Both the position numbers and the translations under genes were made by a program. Of a DNA stretch of 64,000 bases, positions 50,290 through 62,623 are shown piece after piece. Within the stretch, counting starts at the first letter, position 1; every line of letters begins with the position of its first letter. The stretch comes from Vicugna vicugna (lineage: Eukaryota). The notes beneath the pieces were generated by a model, which saw only the letters and a list, made by a program, of their open reading frames with translations, was not told where the DNA came from and did not search any database. The stretch lies in assembly GCA_013265495.1 (NCBI GenBank), contig MU058289.1, positions 1,671,451 through 1,735,450 of the forward strand, in the 5' to 3' direction.

Positions 50290-53200
50290 CATGAGAGATT
50301 CTGGGAAGATGGTGGCAGTAGTGGTGGCAGAGTTTTCTGATCTCTCCAAATTTACACATAAAAATAGAACATTAGATGGCAAAAGTAAAAACCACAGGTG
50401 ACAGTTACAATACAACTAGTGACAAGGTATCCCCCAAACCCTGAAACACCGATGGGTGAAGACAGACCAACAACAGTCACAGACGTTTAGGGCATCAGTG
50501 GCTAAGTGGAAGGATGCAGAAAGAACTAATGGGGCATTTGACAGACTTAAGTAGACCCCCAAAAGAGCCAACAAGTGTTCACCAGAAAGCGAGTGGACTA
50601 ATTTGAGAACAGTAGCTGAAATCAGGAGCTTGCCCCTTTTATGATGGGTTAAGTACTAGCTGCCTGCACTCAGGTCTGAAGGGGCTGGTGTAGACTAGCC
50701 TCTATGGACTCTCTCAGTTTGTCCCCTCTAGGATAGGACCCCAAACTGAGAAGCAACTGCTAGGAATGGAAATTAAATGGAGCAGAGTGTGGACAATAGA
50801 GAGGAAGGTAAGAGAAGGTCCGAGTAAAAGTGCTGGAGGGGAAGAGAGCCAGGACATCTCTAAAAGCAAACCTCCATATTTTTGACTACACGGAGGAAAT
50901 AACAGAGGTAGGAGCTCTGTGAAAGTAGGAAAGCTAATCCCTTCTTCTAAAATTTCAGGAAAACTAATTGCACGTAGAAATGAGCAAGCAGTTGAGGTCA
51001 AATCCTATACTAAGTAATTGTTATTATTTTAAAGAGCGATTAAGGGATGGAATAACGTTAACTTCAGACAATGAAACACACGTAAAAACATGCCCACAAA
51101 ACAAATCCCAACTGTAACCTTTTATTTCAAAATATGGTAAAAGACACTAGGAAAATTATAAAGGACATGAAAGAACAACATAAATCAGGGTTAGAGAAAC
51201 ATAAAAGGTGTCAGAATTCTTTTAAAATAACAGAAAAAAATTGTTTAAGAAATGAAGACAAGCTGGAAAAGGACTTCAAGCACAAATAAGACAACAGATA
51301 ATGTCTTAAAATAGTTAAAAGGAGGAAAATGTTAAAAATAAAAAAATGGGGAAAGAGATAAGAATGTTCTAGAGGAATTGGCATATATTGAAGACAGGCA
51401 AAGATAGTGCAACATATAAGTAATAAAAGTCTCCCAAGAAAAGAACCAAGGCAAGGGAAGAGAACAAACACAAAAAGCTGTAATTTTAGAAAAGCTTCCT
51501 AAAATTAAAAAATACTTGAAATTGCACATTGAAAGAACTCTGCATTTACCTAAGAACATTGATCCAGAATACATATTAATCCAGAATGACCAATACCAAG
51601 ACATAATCTGGTAAAATAACTAGACTTAGAAGAAAAAAAAATTCCTTCAGCTACCTAAGCAAGAAGAGTAAATGGCTTAGAAGGGAAAATCAATTAAACT
51701 GTTCACTTTTTTTTTTAAACAGCAACTCATTTTTTTTAAAATTGAAACATAGTTATAATGTGTCAGTTTCTGGCATACAGCATAATGTCCCAGTCATGCA
51801 TATATATACATATATTCATTTTCATATTCTTATGCCCGGAGAAAATGTAGTAATATTTAAGGTATTTAAACAAATAAAATGAGGGCCAAAGATCTCATAT
51901 CTGGGAAAACTGACTTTCAAGTTGAAAGATCACTGCTATCAATTTGCAAGAATTCAGAAAATAACGTGTTGCAGAGAAACGTGTTACATCTCAGTTGTAA
52001 CAGCAACCTGGAAACAGGCGAGAGACCAAGCAGCACTTGCAGAGTTGGAGAACTCAGGTTTACTACACCAGCAGGCCCAGAAGAGTTAACACTTCAATCT
52101 CTGGACCCTGTCTATGGGTTTACACAGGCCTTTTATAGGCTGCCACTTTTACACTTTGCAACATCGTATGCAAATAAAGTACAACAGAAGTTGACCAACC
52201 AGGAACAAGCTTTGTAGAAATAGACCAATCAGGAGTGAGCTCCATGCAAATGAAGTACTACAAATGGACCAATCAGAAGTTAAGGAAGTGGACCAATCAG
52301 AAGTGAGAGTAATAACCAATCAGAAGTGAGGGTAATAACCAATCAGGAGTGAGAGTAACAACCAATCAGAAGTGAGCTTAGGGAACCAGTAGAATTCTAG
52401 GTGTAAGTAAGCCACTTTAGAGGCAAAAAGTGAGATAGAGCTTCTGGGCCAGGGAACCAGCGGTGTTAAGAGGAGAGCAGCAGCCCTGCCTAGGGATCCT
52501 GTGGGTCTTTTTATGGGGCTTCCTGCCTCAAATGTTTCCATGAACCTTTCTTGAGATATCTACTAGAGAAAGACCTTCAGACTATCAAAATGCCCTGAAA
52601 GACATCAGTATAAGGAGTGCTGGTTAAAATTAAACATATTTTTATTTATAGATCTTAGACTAAATGAGGGTGAAAGGGAGAGGCTATGGTCGGTAACGGC
52701 TGTATACTCTGACACTGTTAACATAGTGCAACTATAAAAAATAGGGGAGAGAGGAGAGAGCATATGCAAGTTTTAAAAACTGTTCTCAGTTATGTGGTGG
52801 TGGTGGTGGTGGTATTGGTATCGTTAACCTGAGACCATTGTGGGATGAAGTATAATGTGGGATGAAGTGAATGAATAATTTTGAGATAATCTAATGATAT
52901 CATCTCTTATGTTTTGGAGAACTAGGGTTCCCAGTTTGAAAGAAAGGAGACATAGAGGTAATACAGAGAAATTATGTTAAACAATAGTAGTTTTGAATTT
53001 AAATGAGGAGTTATCAGTATGAACTCATGAGCTATTTTTAAAGTATTATACATGTATATATGTATATTTCTAGTTCTGACTAATGAAAAGGCATATCAAT
53101 GAGCATCCCCAGTGCCAGACTGTAGTCTTACAGATCACTTCCCACTGAAAGAAACCAGGGCTCTGGGAGAAGTGGCTGATTCCAGGTCTGGGACAAAAAA

Positions 53201-54150
53201 TGTACAAGATGAACTGGGAACATCTTGTCATAACAAAAAGTGAGGAAGCTAGCAGAGACTATAAGATCATGTCAAAAGGACTCAGGAGCTGATTTAAAAA
53301 GACTTCTTCTGGACAAATGTGGGACCATTTGATCTACAATAAGAAAAGAATTAGTAACGCATCAAAACTTAATCAAAGGCTGTTTAAATCTGTGGGTGTA
53401 TAATGATTTAAAAAATAAAAACCCGATTGATTACCTTCAGATGATAGGAATCCAATTTATTATCTTGAAATTGATGAATAAAGGGAAAGATTTACGCATT
53501 TATTCTGCTTTTTCTAGGTGATCTGGGCCAATGGTAACCGAAGTGTGGAAGAGGGGATAAATCTCTTTATAAAAATATCCCGAATAGTAAATAAAAAAGA
53601 AGTGACAGAATTAGAATATCACCACTGTAATGGGTTTAGGCACTGTGCGTGGACAGCTGCTCACATCACAAAAAGAGAGCTGCTCAGACTTTATGTGCCT
53701 TCTAGTGAAAGAACTGAACACCACTCGTGGTATTACCAAAGAGATTAAATCTGAGTCTGATCCAGTCTCCAGGTCGAGCTGCTGATTTGCAAGAAATACA
53801 GGGAAACATGTGGAATTATACCAAGACTATCAATCAGCACCACCAGACTATGAGAACTCCACAGATCAAATGCCCCAGAATTTTCAACAGATAAATTGTA
53901 ATGAAAATAAAGGGTTGGAGAGGGATCTATAAAACTAAGAGAAACCTAAAAGGCGTATTACATTTTTTAAAAGGGTGAGACAAGGTGCACACTAGGGGTG
54001 CATACACCATGGTATAAAAACACACACACACACACACGCAAAACCAGGATATTGGTTCCTTTTGGGGAGTAGGGATTAATGCTGGGTCAAGGAATATGGA
54101 CGGATTTCTGGAGTTCCTGGTAGACTTGTATTTCTTGACCTTGATGATGG
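50290..54150 (+). mobile_element. Old L1M element(s): 5'/ORF1 remnant through an L1MC-like 3' UTR, interrupted by a short L1 end (about 51727-51830) and an LTR
   Basis: gattctgggaagatggtggcag (L1 5' end); gaaattgcacattgaaaga..ccaagacataatctggtaaaat (ORF1-like); gaaaccagggctc.gggagaagtggctgattccagg..aaaaatgtacaagatga (3' UTR). Confidence 0.6.
51967..52530 (-). mobile_element. ERV1-type solo LTR with a CCAAT-box array
   Basis: TG...CA ends. 4-bp TSD aacg (51963-51966) and aatg (52531-52534). Minus-strand TATAAAA (52131-52137) and AGTAAA (52059-52064). Confidence 0.85.
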
Positions 54151-56629
54151 TTACAAGGATTTTTAAAAATAAAATAATGTTTATTTTATTTAAAAAAGGT
54201 TAAAAAAGAGAAAAATACAATAAAGTGTCTAAAATATACCCATACTTCAGAAAATTTATATGGTGATTTTGTTCTATTAAGCCTCCATCTTAGGGGTTTT
54301 CTGAGGGGTTTTCTTTGGTCTAACCAGACGTTTAGACCCACAAGACCCATATCAGCCACACTCCGCACTATTAACTCACTGGCAGGGAGCTGGTCTCTGC
54401 CTCCCTTCCCCTACCCAAGGCAGTGTGGGAACAAGCTGACATTCCAGCTTGGTCAGGTGTCCAGGGGGACAGAGCTAGAATGTTAACCCAAGGTCAAATT
54501 TGCCCACAAAGAAATAGGAAGATTTTTTGTTTCTTTGTTTTTTTAAACCCATTACTTCTGAGAATCAGAGAACTGTTATTGTTGCATTTATTTTCACGAC
54601 CTGCCTTTCAAGGCAACTCATGTACAGAGGAAGGCAGGTATAAGAAAGGTATCAAGGCCTCCTTCAGCTCCGATATTTGGTATTTGAGGTAGAAGTGTAT
54701 TAACTTCCTTATTCTTCATATGTAGATGCTAGGAAATGGAGAAGTCTGATGGAATTTTCCAGGTCACACAGGGAGCTGGAGGCTCTGCTGGGCCACCTGA
54801 CAAAATTTATTGCTAGTGTAACTCCTCTGTTTGTTCTGTTTTTCATGCCATCTTAGACATAGATTTTTATTTGTAATTTTTCCTTCCACGGCCTTCCTCC
54901 CTTGCCTTTTTTTGCAAGGACCTGAGAAGTACATTGTTTCTGAATTGTAGCAATTAAAGGTATATTTGGAATGGTTTGTTCTGTGATTTAAATCCCTAAA
55001 AAAAAAAAACCAAAAGAGGTTTTGACAGAACTAGGACATGAGAAGCGAAAAGTCAATTAAAACTGATTTTTTTTTCAAGAGCCACATAAATGTTATAAAA
55101 GTGCCACATACTTGAGCCATTTTAGCAGTTTTCCATCTGCTTTTGTTGTCTCAGAAGGAAGGAAGTTTTCCTGGCATTTCTCTGAATTTTCTTAAGTGAC
55201 TTTCCGATCATCACAGTGAGTGGGGTGGTCCTAATTCTCAGTGCTCCAATTTGACGCTGAAGTTTCGAGCAGGCACTCTAAGTCATTTGGTTAGTTTTGC
55301 CCCCTTTTGGCTTAGAAAAGAAAAGGATGTGAATTCTTTCACTTGGCAGAGCAAGTCACATTGGGGGTTGTCCTTCGAATACATTTTCCACAGGCACCAA
55401 TCTCTTCTTGGGCATAAACAGGCTGTTGCTGAACAGACAGACATTCAGGAGATTCTATAAATTGAATCTTCCATCTTCTGCTAATATGGCTTTTGGCAAT
55501 AAAGCCGTTATCATGAAATGCCATAAAAGGCATCTTTTTTCCTTTTTTTCATCTGTTGCCTACTCAGCATGGGGTTTATTGCTGTTTAGAAGTCTGATTG
55601 CTAAATGCTAAACTAGGCAGGTCACTGTGCATAAAGGGCTAGATGGGTCTCTGATATACCACCTGCTGTCCTTTGGGACAACAGCAGATTTTTTTTTGGT
55701 GGTAAGACCTAAAATGGCGACAGAGGAATGCTCCCTTGATTTCTGATTGCCAGTTGGACGTTAGCTAGTTGGCACTAGTGAAGATCAGTAAGTGTGTATG
55801 CTATGAACTGAGCCAACTTAGGTACTTGTGGATTACCTATTGGGAGTCTGGTGCTGTGAAAAATTTTAGAGCTGGATAAAATAGAAATTCTCCTTTTAAG
55901 AAATTTATACCCAAATTAGGGAAATAATGCTGAACAGTAAGAAACCGTTTGAGGACCACCAAATGCCAAAGTCCATTCATTTTATAAAGACTTGGCATTA
56001 CACTGGGGCACTTTGTAAATGCTCCATAGGTGGTTTATTATTATTATTATTTTATTATTATTATTAAGAGCACAGAAGCAGAATTTTAGAGTGAATGGAG
56101 GATGGGCTGGAATATTGATAATGTCCAAAAGAAGGAGGACTTTGGAGAATGGATGGGATTTGTACAAATGGAAGGAGTTTGAAGACAGCATAGTGTAAAT
56201 TAGGTCAGTACTCAGTTTAGGGTTTGACATTCTTGTGTCTATTAAGCCATTCTTCTAGCTGCTTTCCCCTCCTGAAAATTTATTGTTTGTTCCATTATTA
56301 TTCCTCTTCTTGTGGGTTTATGCCTCTTTTAAAAAAACCCAAACCTCTGTAATTTTAGTGAGGTTTTCAGAGTAAAAGTAGATGCATATGTTCAAACTAT
56401 CATTTTAACAGGAGACTTCTTAAAGAGAAATAACTTCATTTATTTTTAACAAAGATATATACATATTATTTTAACAAATCAAGCAATACAGAAAAGTACA
56501 AAGAAATAAGTGAAAGTCAGTTAATACTCTACCACCCAGAAATTACTTTTAGTAATATCCATTAAAGATCATTTCATTTCTCATTCTATGCATATGCACA
56601 AACACAAGAGTAGAAAGCTTATTTGTTTG

Positions 56630-59600
56630 TTAATGTTGTTGTTGTTGAGTTGTCAAAGTTCTTTATATATTCTAGATATGAGTCCTTTATCAGGTATATG
56701 GTTTGTAAATATTTTTTCCCATTCTCGGATTATTCTTTTTACTTTCCTTATGGTGTCCTTTGCATCATATAAATTATTAATTTTGATGAAACCTGATTTA
56801 TTTATTTGTTCTTTTGTTGCCTGTGCTTTTGGTGTCATATCCAAGAAACCATCATCTAAGATCATGAAAATTTACGTCTATGTTTTCTTCTAAGACTTTT
56901 ATAGTTTTAGCTCTTAAAGTTAGGTCTTTGATCCATTTCAAGCCAATTTTCTTGGAGTGATGTGATATAGGGAGTCTAACTTCATTTTTTTGTATGTGGC
57001 TATCCAGTTGTCCCCAAAACGATTTGTTGAAAAGTCTGTTCTTTCCCTATTGGATTGTCTTGGCATCCTTGCTGAAAATAAATCGACTTCTGGACTCTCA
57101 AATCTATTCCATTGATCTCTGTGTCTACTCTTATGCCAGGAACACAGTGTCTTGTTTACCCTTTTTTTATAATTAAGTTTTGAGGTCAGAAAGTGTGAAT
57201 CTTCCAGTTTTGTTTTTCTTTTTCAAGATTGTTTTGGCTGTTCTGGGTCCCTTGAGCTGCTGTGTGAATTTTAGGATTATCAGTTTCTTATCAATTTCTG
57301 CAGAGAATCCAGCAGGAATTTTGATAGGGATAGCCTTGAATCTGTAGACCAATTTGGGAATTGTTGCTATATTAACATAGTAAATATTAAACTTATTAAC
57401 ATTAATATATAAAGCTTACATATTAAGTCTCCCAATCCAAAAACATGAGGTGGCTTTCCATTTATTTAGGCCTTTTTATATTTCTTTCAACAATGTTTTG
57501 TACTTTTCAGAGTATAAGTTTTACATTTTTTTGTAAATTTCTTCTTAAGTATTTTCTTCTTTTTTGATGGTATTGTGAATAGAATTTTTAAAATTTTCAT
57601 TTTTGAATTGTTTATTGCTAGATCATGAATGTACAATTGAATTTTATATTGATCTTGGTGAACTCATTTATTAGTTCTAATAGTTTTCTGGTGGATTACT
57701 TAGGATTTTTTTATATATAAAATCATCTCATCTACAAACAGAGATTGTTTTACTTCTTCCTTTCCAATCTGAGTGCCTTTTGTTTCATATTCTTGTCTAA
57801 TGTCCCTGGCTAGAACCTCTGGTATGATGTTGAATAGAAGTGGCGAGAGTGGGCATCCTTGCCTTCTTTCCAAAGTCAGGGGGATGTCTTGCACAATTAA
57901 GCATGATGGTTGCTTAAAATTTTTTTTTGTAGATGCCTTTTATCAGGCATAGGAGGTTCCCTTATATTCCTGATTTGCTGAGAGTTTTTTCAATAAATGA
58001 ATGTTGAATTTTGTCAAATGCCTTTTCTGTATCAATTACAATTTTTTAATTGAAAATTTTATTTATATATAATGATTGTATGGTTTTTCTTTTTTAGATG
58101 GTGAATATGGTGGATTACATTAATTGATTTTCAAATCAATTGATTTTTCAAAACCAACCTTGCATGCCCAGGATAAATCCACTTGATTGTGGTGCTATTA
58201 TTCTTATTACATGTTTTATATGTTTATATATAATATAATGTATTTCATTTGCTAATATTTTACTAAGGATTTTTGTATCTATATCCATGAAAGGTATTGG
58301 TCTGTAACTTTACTTCCTTATACTGTGTTTGTCAGATTTTGGTATCAGGTAATGCTAGTCTCATAAGATGAGTTGAAAAATATTTCTTCTTCTTCTGTAT
58401 TTTGGAAAAGATTGTGTAGAGTTGGTAGCATTTCTTCTTTGAATCTTTGGTAAAATTCATCAGTGAAATCATCTGAGATTTCTTTTCCTGGAAAAAATCT
58501 GAACTAGGCATTCAATTTCTTTAGTAGTTATAAGACTATTCAGAATTTTTATTTCATCCTCAATGAGTTTTGATAATTAGTGATTTTCAAAAATTGGCCC
58601 ATTTTATCTAAGTTGTGGAATTTCTGCATGTAGAGTTGCTCACAGTATTCCCATATTATCATTTTAATGTCTATAGGATCTGTAGCCATAACCCCTGATT
58701 TTTTCCCTGATATTGATAATTTATATCTTTTCTCTTGTTTCTTGGTGTATCTTGCTAGAGGTTTATCAGTTTTACTGATTATAGCATTACTAGCATCACC
58801 CTGATACCAAAATCTGATTGATTTCATTGATTTTCTGTACTGTTTTCCTCCTTTCAATTTCATTGATTTCTACTCTAATTTTATTTATTATTTCCCTTCT
58901 GCTGTTTGATTTGCATTTATTTTGCTCTTTTTTTCTAATTTCTTAAAGATAAAATTAGATTATGGGTAAGAGCTTCTTGTCTCATATAAGCATTTAACAT
59001 TATAAATTTTCCTCTAAGCAATGCTTTAGCTGCACCCCACAAATTTGGAAATGTTTATTTTCATTTTCTTACAATTCAAAATACTTTCTAATTTCCTTTA
59101 TGATTTTCCCTTTGACTCATGGATTATTTAGAAGCACACTGTTTAACTTCTAGGTTTTGAGGAGGGGATTTTCCTGTCCCCCACCCCTTTTTCCTGTTAC
59201 TTTTTTCATTACTGATTTCTAGGTCAATTTGGTTATAGTCAGAAAATACAGTCTGTATGATTTTCTTTTAAATTTGTTGAGCTATATTTTATGACCCAGA
59301 ATATGATCTAACTTGGTGAATGTTCCCTGCATACTTGAAAAGAATTCTTTTTTAGTGTTGCCCTTAGATGAAGCACTCTATAAATATATATTTAGATCCA
59401 ACCAGCTGATAGCATTGATTAGTTCTCCTATAATCTTGCTAATATTCTATTTGCTAGTTCTGTTAGTTACTGAGAGAGAAGTGTTGACATCTCCAACTGT
59501 AGCTGTAGATTTGTCTATTTTTTCTTTCAGTTTTCTCAGTTTTTGATTCATGTATTTAGAAGTTCTATTGTTAGGTACATACACGCTTGGGATTGTTACG

Positions 59601-60800
59601 TTTTTGTGGTAGATTGATTCTTTAATAATTATACAATGTCTCTTTTTATCTCAGGTAATTTTTTTGTCTAATATATACTTTGCCTAATATTAATATAGCC
59701 ATTCTAGCCTTCATTTGATTATTGCTATCGTGGTATATCTTTTTCCATCCTTTTCCTTCTAACCCACCAATAATACTATATTTGAAGTGAGTTTCTTGTA
59801 AACTGCTTTTAGTTTGATCATTTAAATCAAATTATCAAATTTATCAAATTATCCTTTTGGGAGGATAATATCTCGGTCTCGGTTTCATTGCTTTAGGGAT
59901 TGCAATAAATGTGCTTAATTTTTCATTCTACTTAGAATCAGTATTTTATTGCTTCAAGTAGAATGTGGAAACTTACTGTCATATAGGTCCTATTACCCTT
60001 CTCCCCATTTATGTTATAGTTATTAATTATGTAAAACAACTTATTAGTTGTTCAATACCATTTCCTATAGTTGTATTAAGCCTTTATCTACCTAGTTGGA
60101 TTCAGGCTTCAAGTTCCAACTAGATCTCTGGGTTATGGCTCCAAAGTCAATTTTGTCTGCAAGACCTTTGCAGTGCTATTGGATCTGCCCCAGGTGTGCA
60201 CCACCAGCTGTCAGTCTGGGACTTGGGCTGTGATTTATCCTGTTCCCTTCACAAAGTCTCTGGTAGGCTGCCTGGGGCTAGGTCCATGCATACACAGTCC
60301 AGGGCTCTGTCCAGGAGCTCATAAATGGCTTTATGGGCTCACATTCCCCAGCTCCTGCCTCTTCACAGTCTCTCAGATACTGTCACATACTCTGGGTATC
60401 ATCCTCTTTTCACTCCTCCTGGCCAGGAGGCTGAGGCTTTATTTATCCTGCTGTCATGGAATGGAGAACAAAAAGGGGGGCACTATTTCTCTCAGTTACT
60501 CTGAGTGTTAGTAGAACCCTTTCCTGCTCCTCAAACCAGAACAAGGGAGTATGTTCCGTAGCTCACTGTCTGTGCCAATGCCCATTCTAGCTTTCAGCTG
60601 TGTTGCATCCAGACTGGGGCTACTGGAGGGGGAAAATATGATTTGATGGTACTTTGCATTATGTCCCTCCTCTAGTCTTGTCACTCTCTTTTCAGAGTCC
60701 TCAAGCAGCTGATTCATGCATTCTGTCTACAGTTTACAGCTACATTCAGTGGGAGAGAGGGTGGAGTGTACTTTTTCCATCTTACTTCAACCATTTTGTC
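56630..60800 (-). mobile_element. Long decayed L1 (ORF2 RT to C-terminus, with a probable 5' region at about 60100-60800)
   Basis: Minus-frame peptides [41 protein letters not shown] (RT domain), DKPLAR, and FLDMTPKAQATKEQI..WEKIF.NHI.DKGLISRIYKEL. Many stops and deletions. Confidence 0.88.
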
Positions 60801-61519
60801 TTTTCAAACATTTGTTGACTCTTGACACATCCATCTTTGTCTTCATGAACTTGTACTTTGTTTAAAGTTCTTTGTAATTTTGCTATTAAGGAAAAGAGGA
60901 GATAGTCAATCCCTGTCTTTGTTTCATGGATTGTGTTCAATGCAAACTTTGGCTGTTTTTTCTTGCTTTCCTTGGTTAGTATGGTTGTTGCTTTTTTAGT
61001 TCCATCTCAAGCTCTTAGGGTTTTGTTGTTGTTGTTGTTTGTTTTGACACCTTTATAACAGGGGCATCTATTAGAAAATTGGAAGATTGAATTTTAAAAG
61101 AATTGATTGGAAATCTGGTGTTTTGTTTTCTCTAATTTTGGAACATATGTATACATATACATATATTTATGGTAAGGAAGACCTTCAGATTTTCCCTCTC
61201 TTTATGTTAACCAAATAAAAATATTTTAGTTTGTTCATACTATGGTAGTAAAAATGCTTTACATCTGTATATTGCTTTTACACCTTAACATTAGTTCTTT
61301 AGTTAGATTTGATGATTACAAGTTTCTCTCTTATGTATCAACATCTACCATACTTTTTGAGAAGGATTATTTTTATTTCACTTTCTTTGGGATATTTGCT
61401 GCTTATCCATACTAATTAAGTGCAATTTTGCGAAGTGTCTTCAGAATTGTGAAACTTTTGCTGAGTAGAAATACCTATTCTAGCTAAATAGCCATTAAAA
61501 AGAATAAAGTAGAACTATA

Positions 61520-61720
61520 TGTATTTAGGTTTCTGGGATCTGCTACTTAACAGCTGTGTGAAGTTTTTGTATATCTCCGTGCCTCAGTTTTGTCATCTGT
61601 ATGGTGGGCATAATAATACTATCTACTTCATAGGATTTCTTGAGAAGCAAATGGATACTATGTTGTGAAATTTTTAGAACATTCTCTGGCACATAGTAGA
61701 CACTCAATAAATGTTACCTT
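61520..61720 (+). mobile_element. MIR SINE
   Basis: ctccgtgcctcagttttgtcatctgta..ataatactatctacttcatagg..ggcacatagtagacactcaataaatgtta. Confidence 0.8.
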
Positions 61721-62547
61721 GTTTCAAAAAAAAAACTATTCTAGTTTCTAGACTAGTACTCAGCCAAAATAGTTGGTTTTTAAATATTTTCAACTTTCCT
61801 TGTTCCTATTATTTTAAGATTGTTCAAAGTGTCGACCTTTAACTTAATGCTTTCATGTGATTAAGGAGAAACTGGGGTTTGGAACTAGATTTTATCCACA
61901 GGTACACACTGCTTTTAACTTTCACTTTTTATTAACAAAGCTAATGTGAAAGCAAAGTGTTTTCTGTTGCCAATTTAACTTCTTTAATTAAAAATGAAAG
62001 TTATAAGGTAATAGTGCCATGGGTGAAGTTCTAATGTCATCAGAAGGGGGAAAATGGGTTTAAAATTGAAACGGTTGGCGTGGTGGTGACTATAGTACTG
62101 CATCAGGAATTTTGACACTTTATTTAATGGAAAATGGATACCAATGCCTTAAACTCTTCCAGTATTACCTTTAGAAAATTATAAAACTATAAGAGGCATG
62201 ACTATGAGAAAAGCACTGATGAAAGCCGAGGGTGCCCTGGGAAGTTGGGAGTTTGAAAGATTAAAGCGTGAATACTCGAGGTTTCAGACTCTGAAAGAAT
62301 GTGGATCCCGTTCTTAAATGAGGTCAGGCAAAGCAGAATTCCTCCTCACTTTTACCATCCTCATAAAGCTGGCAAGTTTCTGAAACAAACAATTGTTCTG
62401 AAATGTGCCGAACCTGATTATAACAAAATCCCAACGATAAACCCTGGTCTACAGTCTTTGTGCTAGTGGGAGTGGCTTTAGGAGTTAATTTTCTTGAGTA
62501 AAAAGTAAAGTACCCAGAAAAGTTTTTTCTTTTTTATGGAGGGTCTT

Positions 62548-62623
62548 TTTTTTTTAATTGTGTATTCCTTTTTTTTGAGTTGTAGTCAGTTTACAATGTG
62601 TCAATTTCTGGTGTATATCACAA
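62548..62623 (-). mobile_element. Extremely truncated L1 3' end with TSD
   Basis: tgtagtcagtttacaatgtgtcaatttctggtgta. TSD tttatggag(g/a)gtctt at 62533-62547 and 62624-62638. Confidence 0.85.

Noticed and set aside
52260..52380. CRISPR-like regularly spaced repeats
   Set aside because: Tandem ~23-bp units without unique spacers, inside a mammalian LTR; no cas genes.
55711..55719. YY1-like AAAATGGCG
   Set aside because: Single short motif with no promoter or CpG-island context.
57700..57894. RT-motif ORF ([12 protein letters not shown])
   Set aside because: Fragment of a decayed L1 with stops and deletions; the catalytic FADD motif is altered to FVDE.
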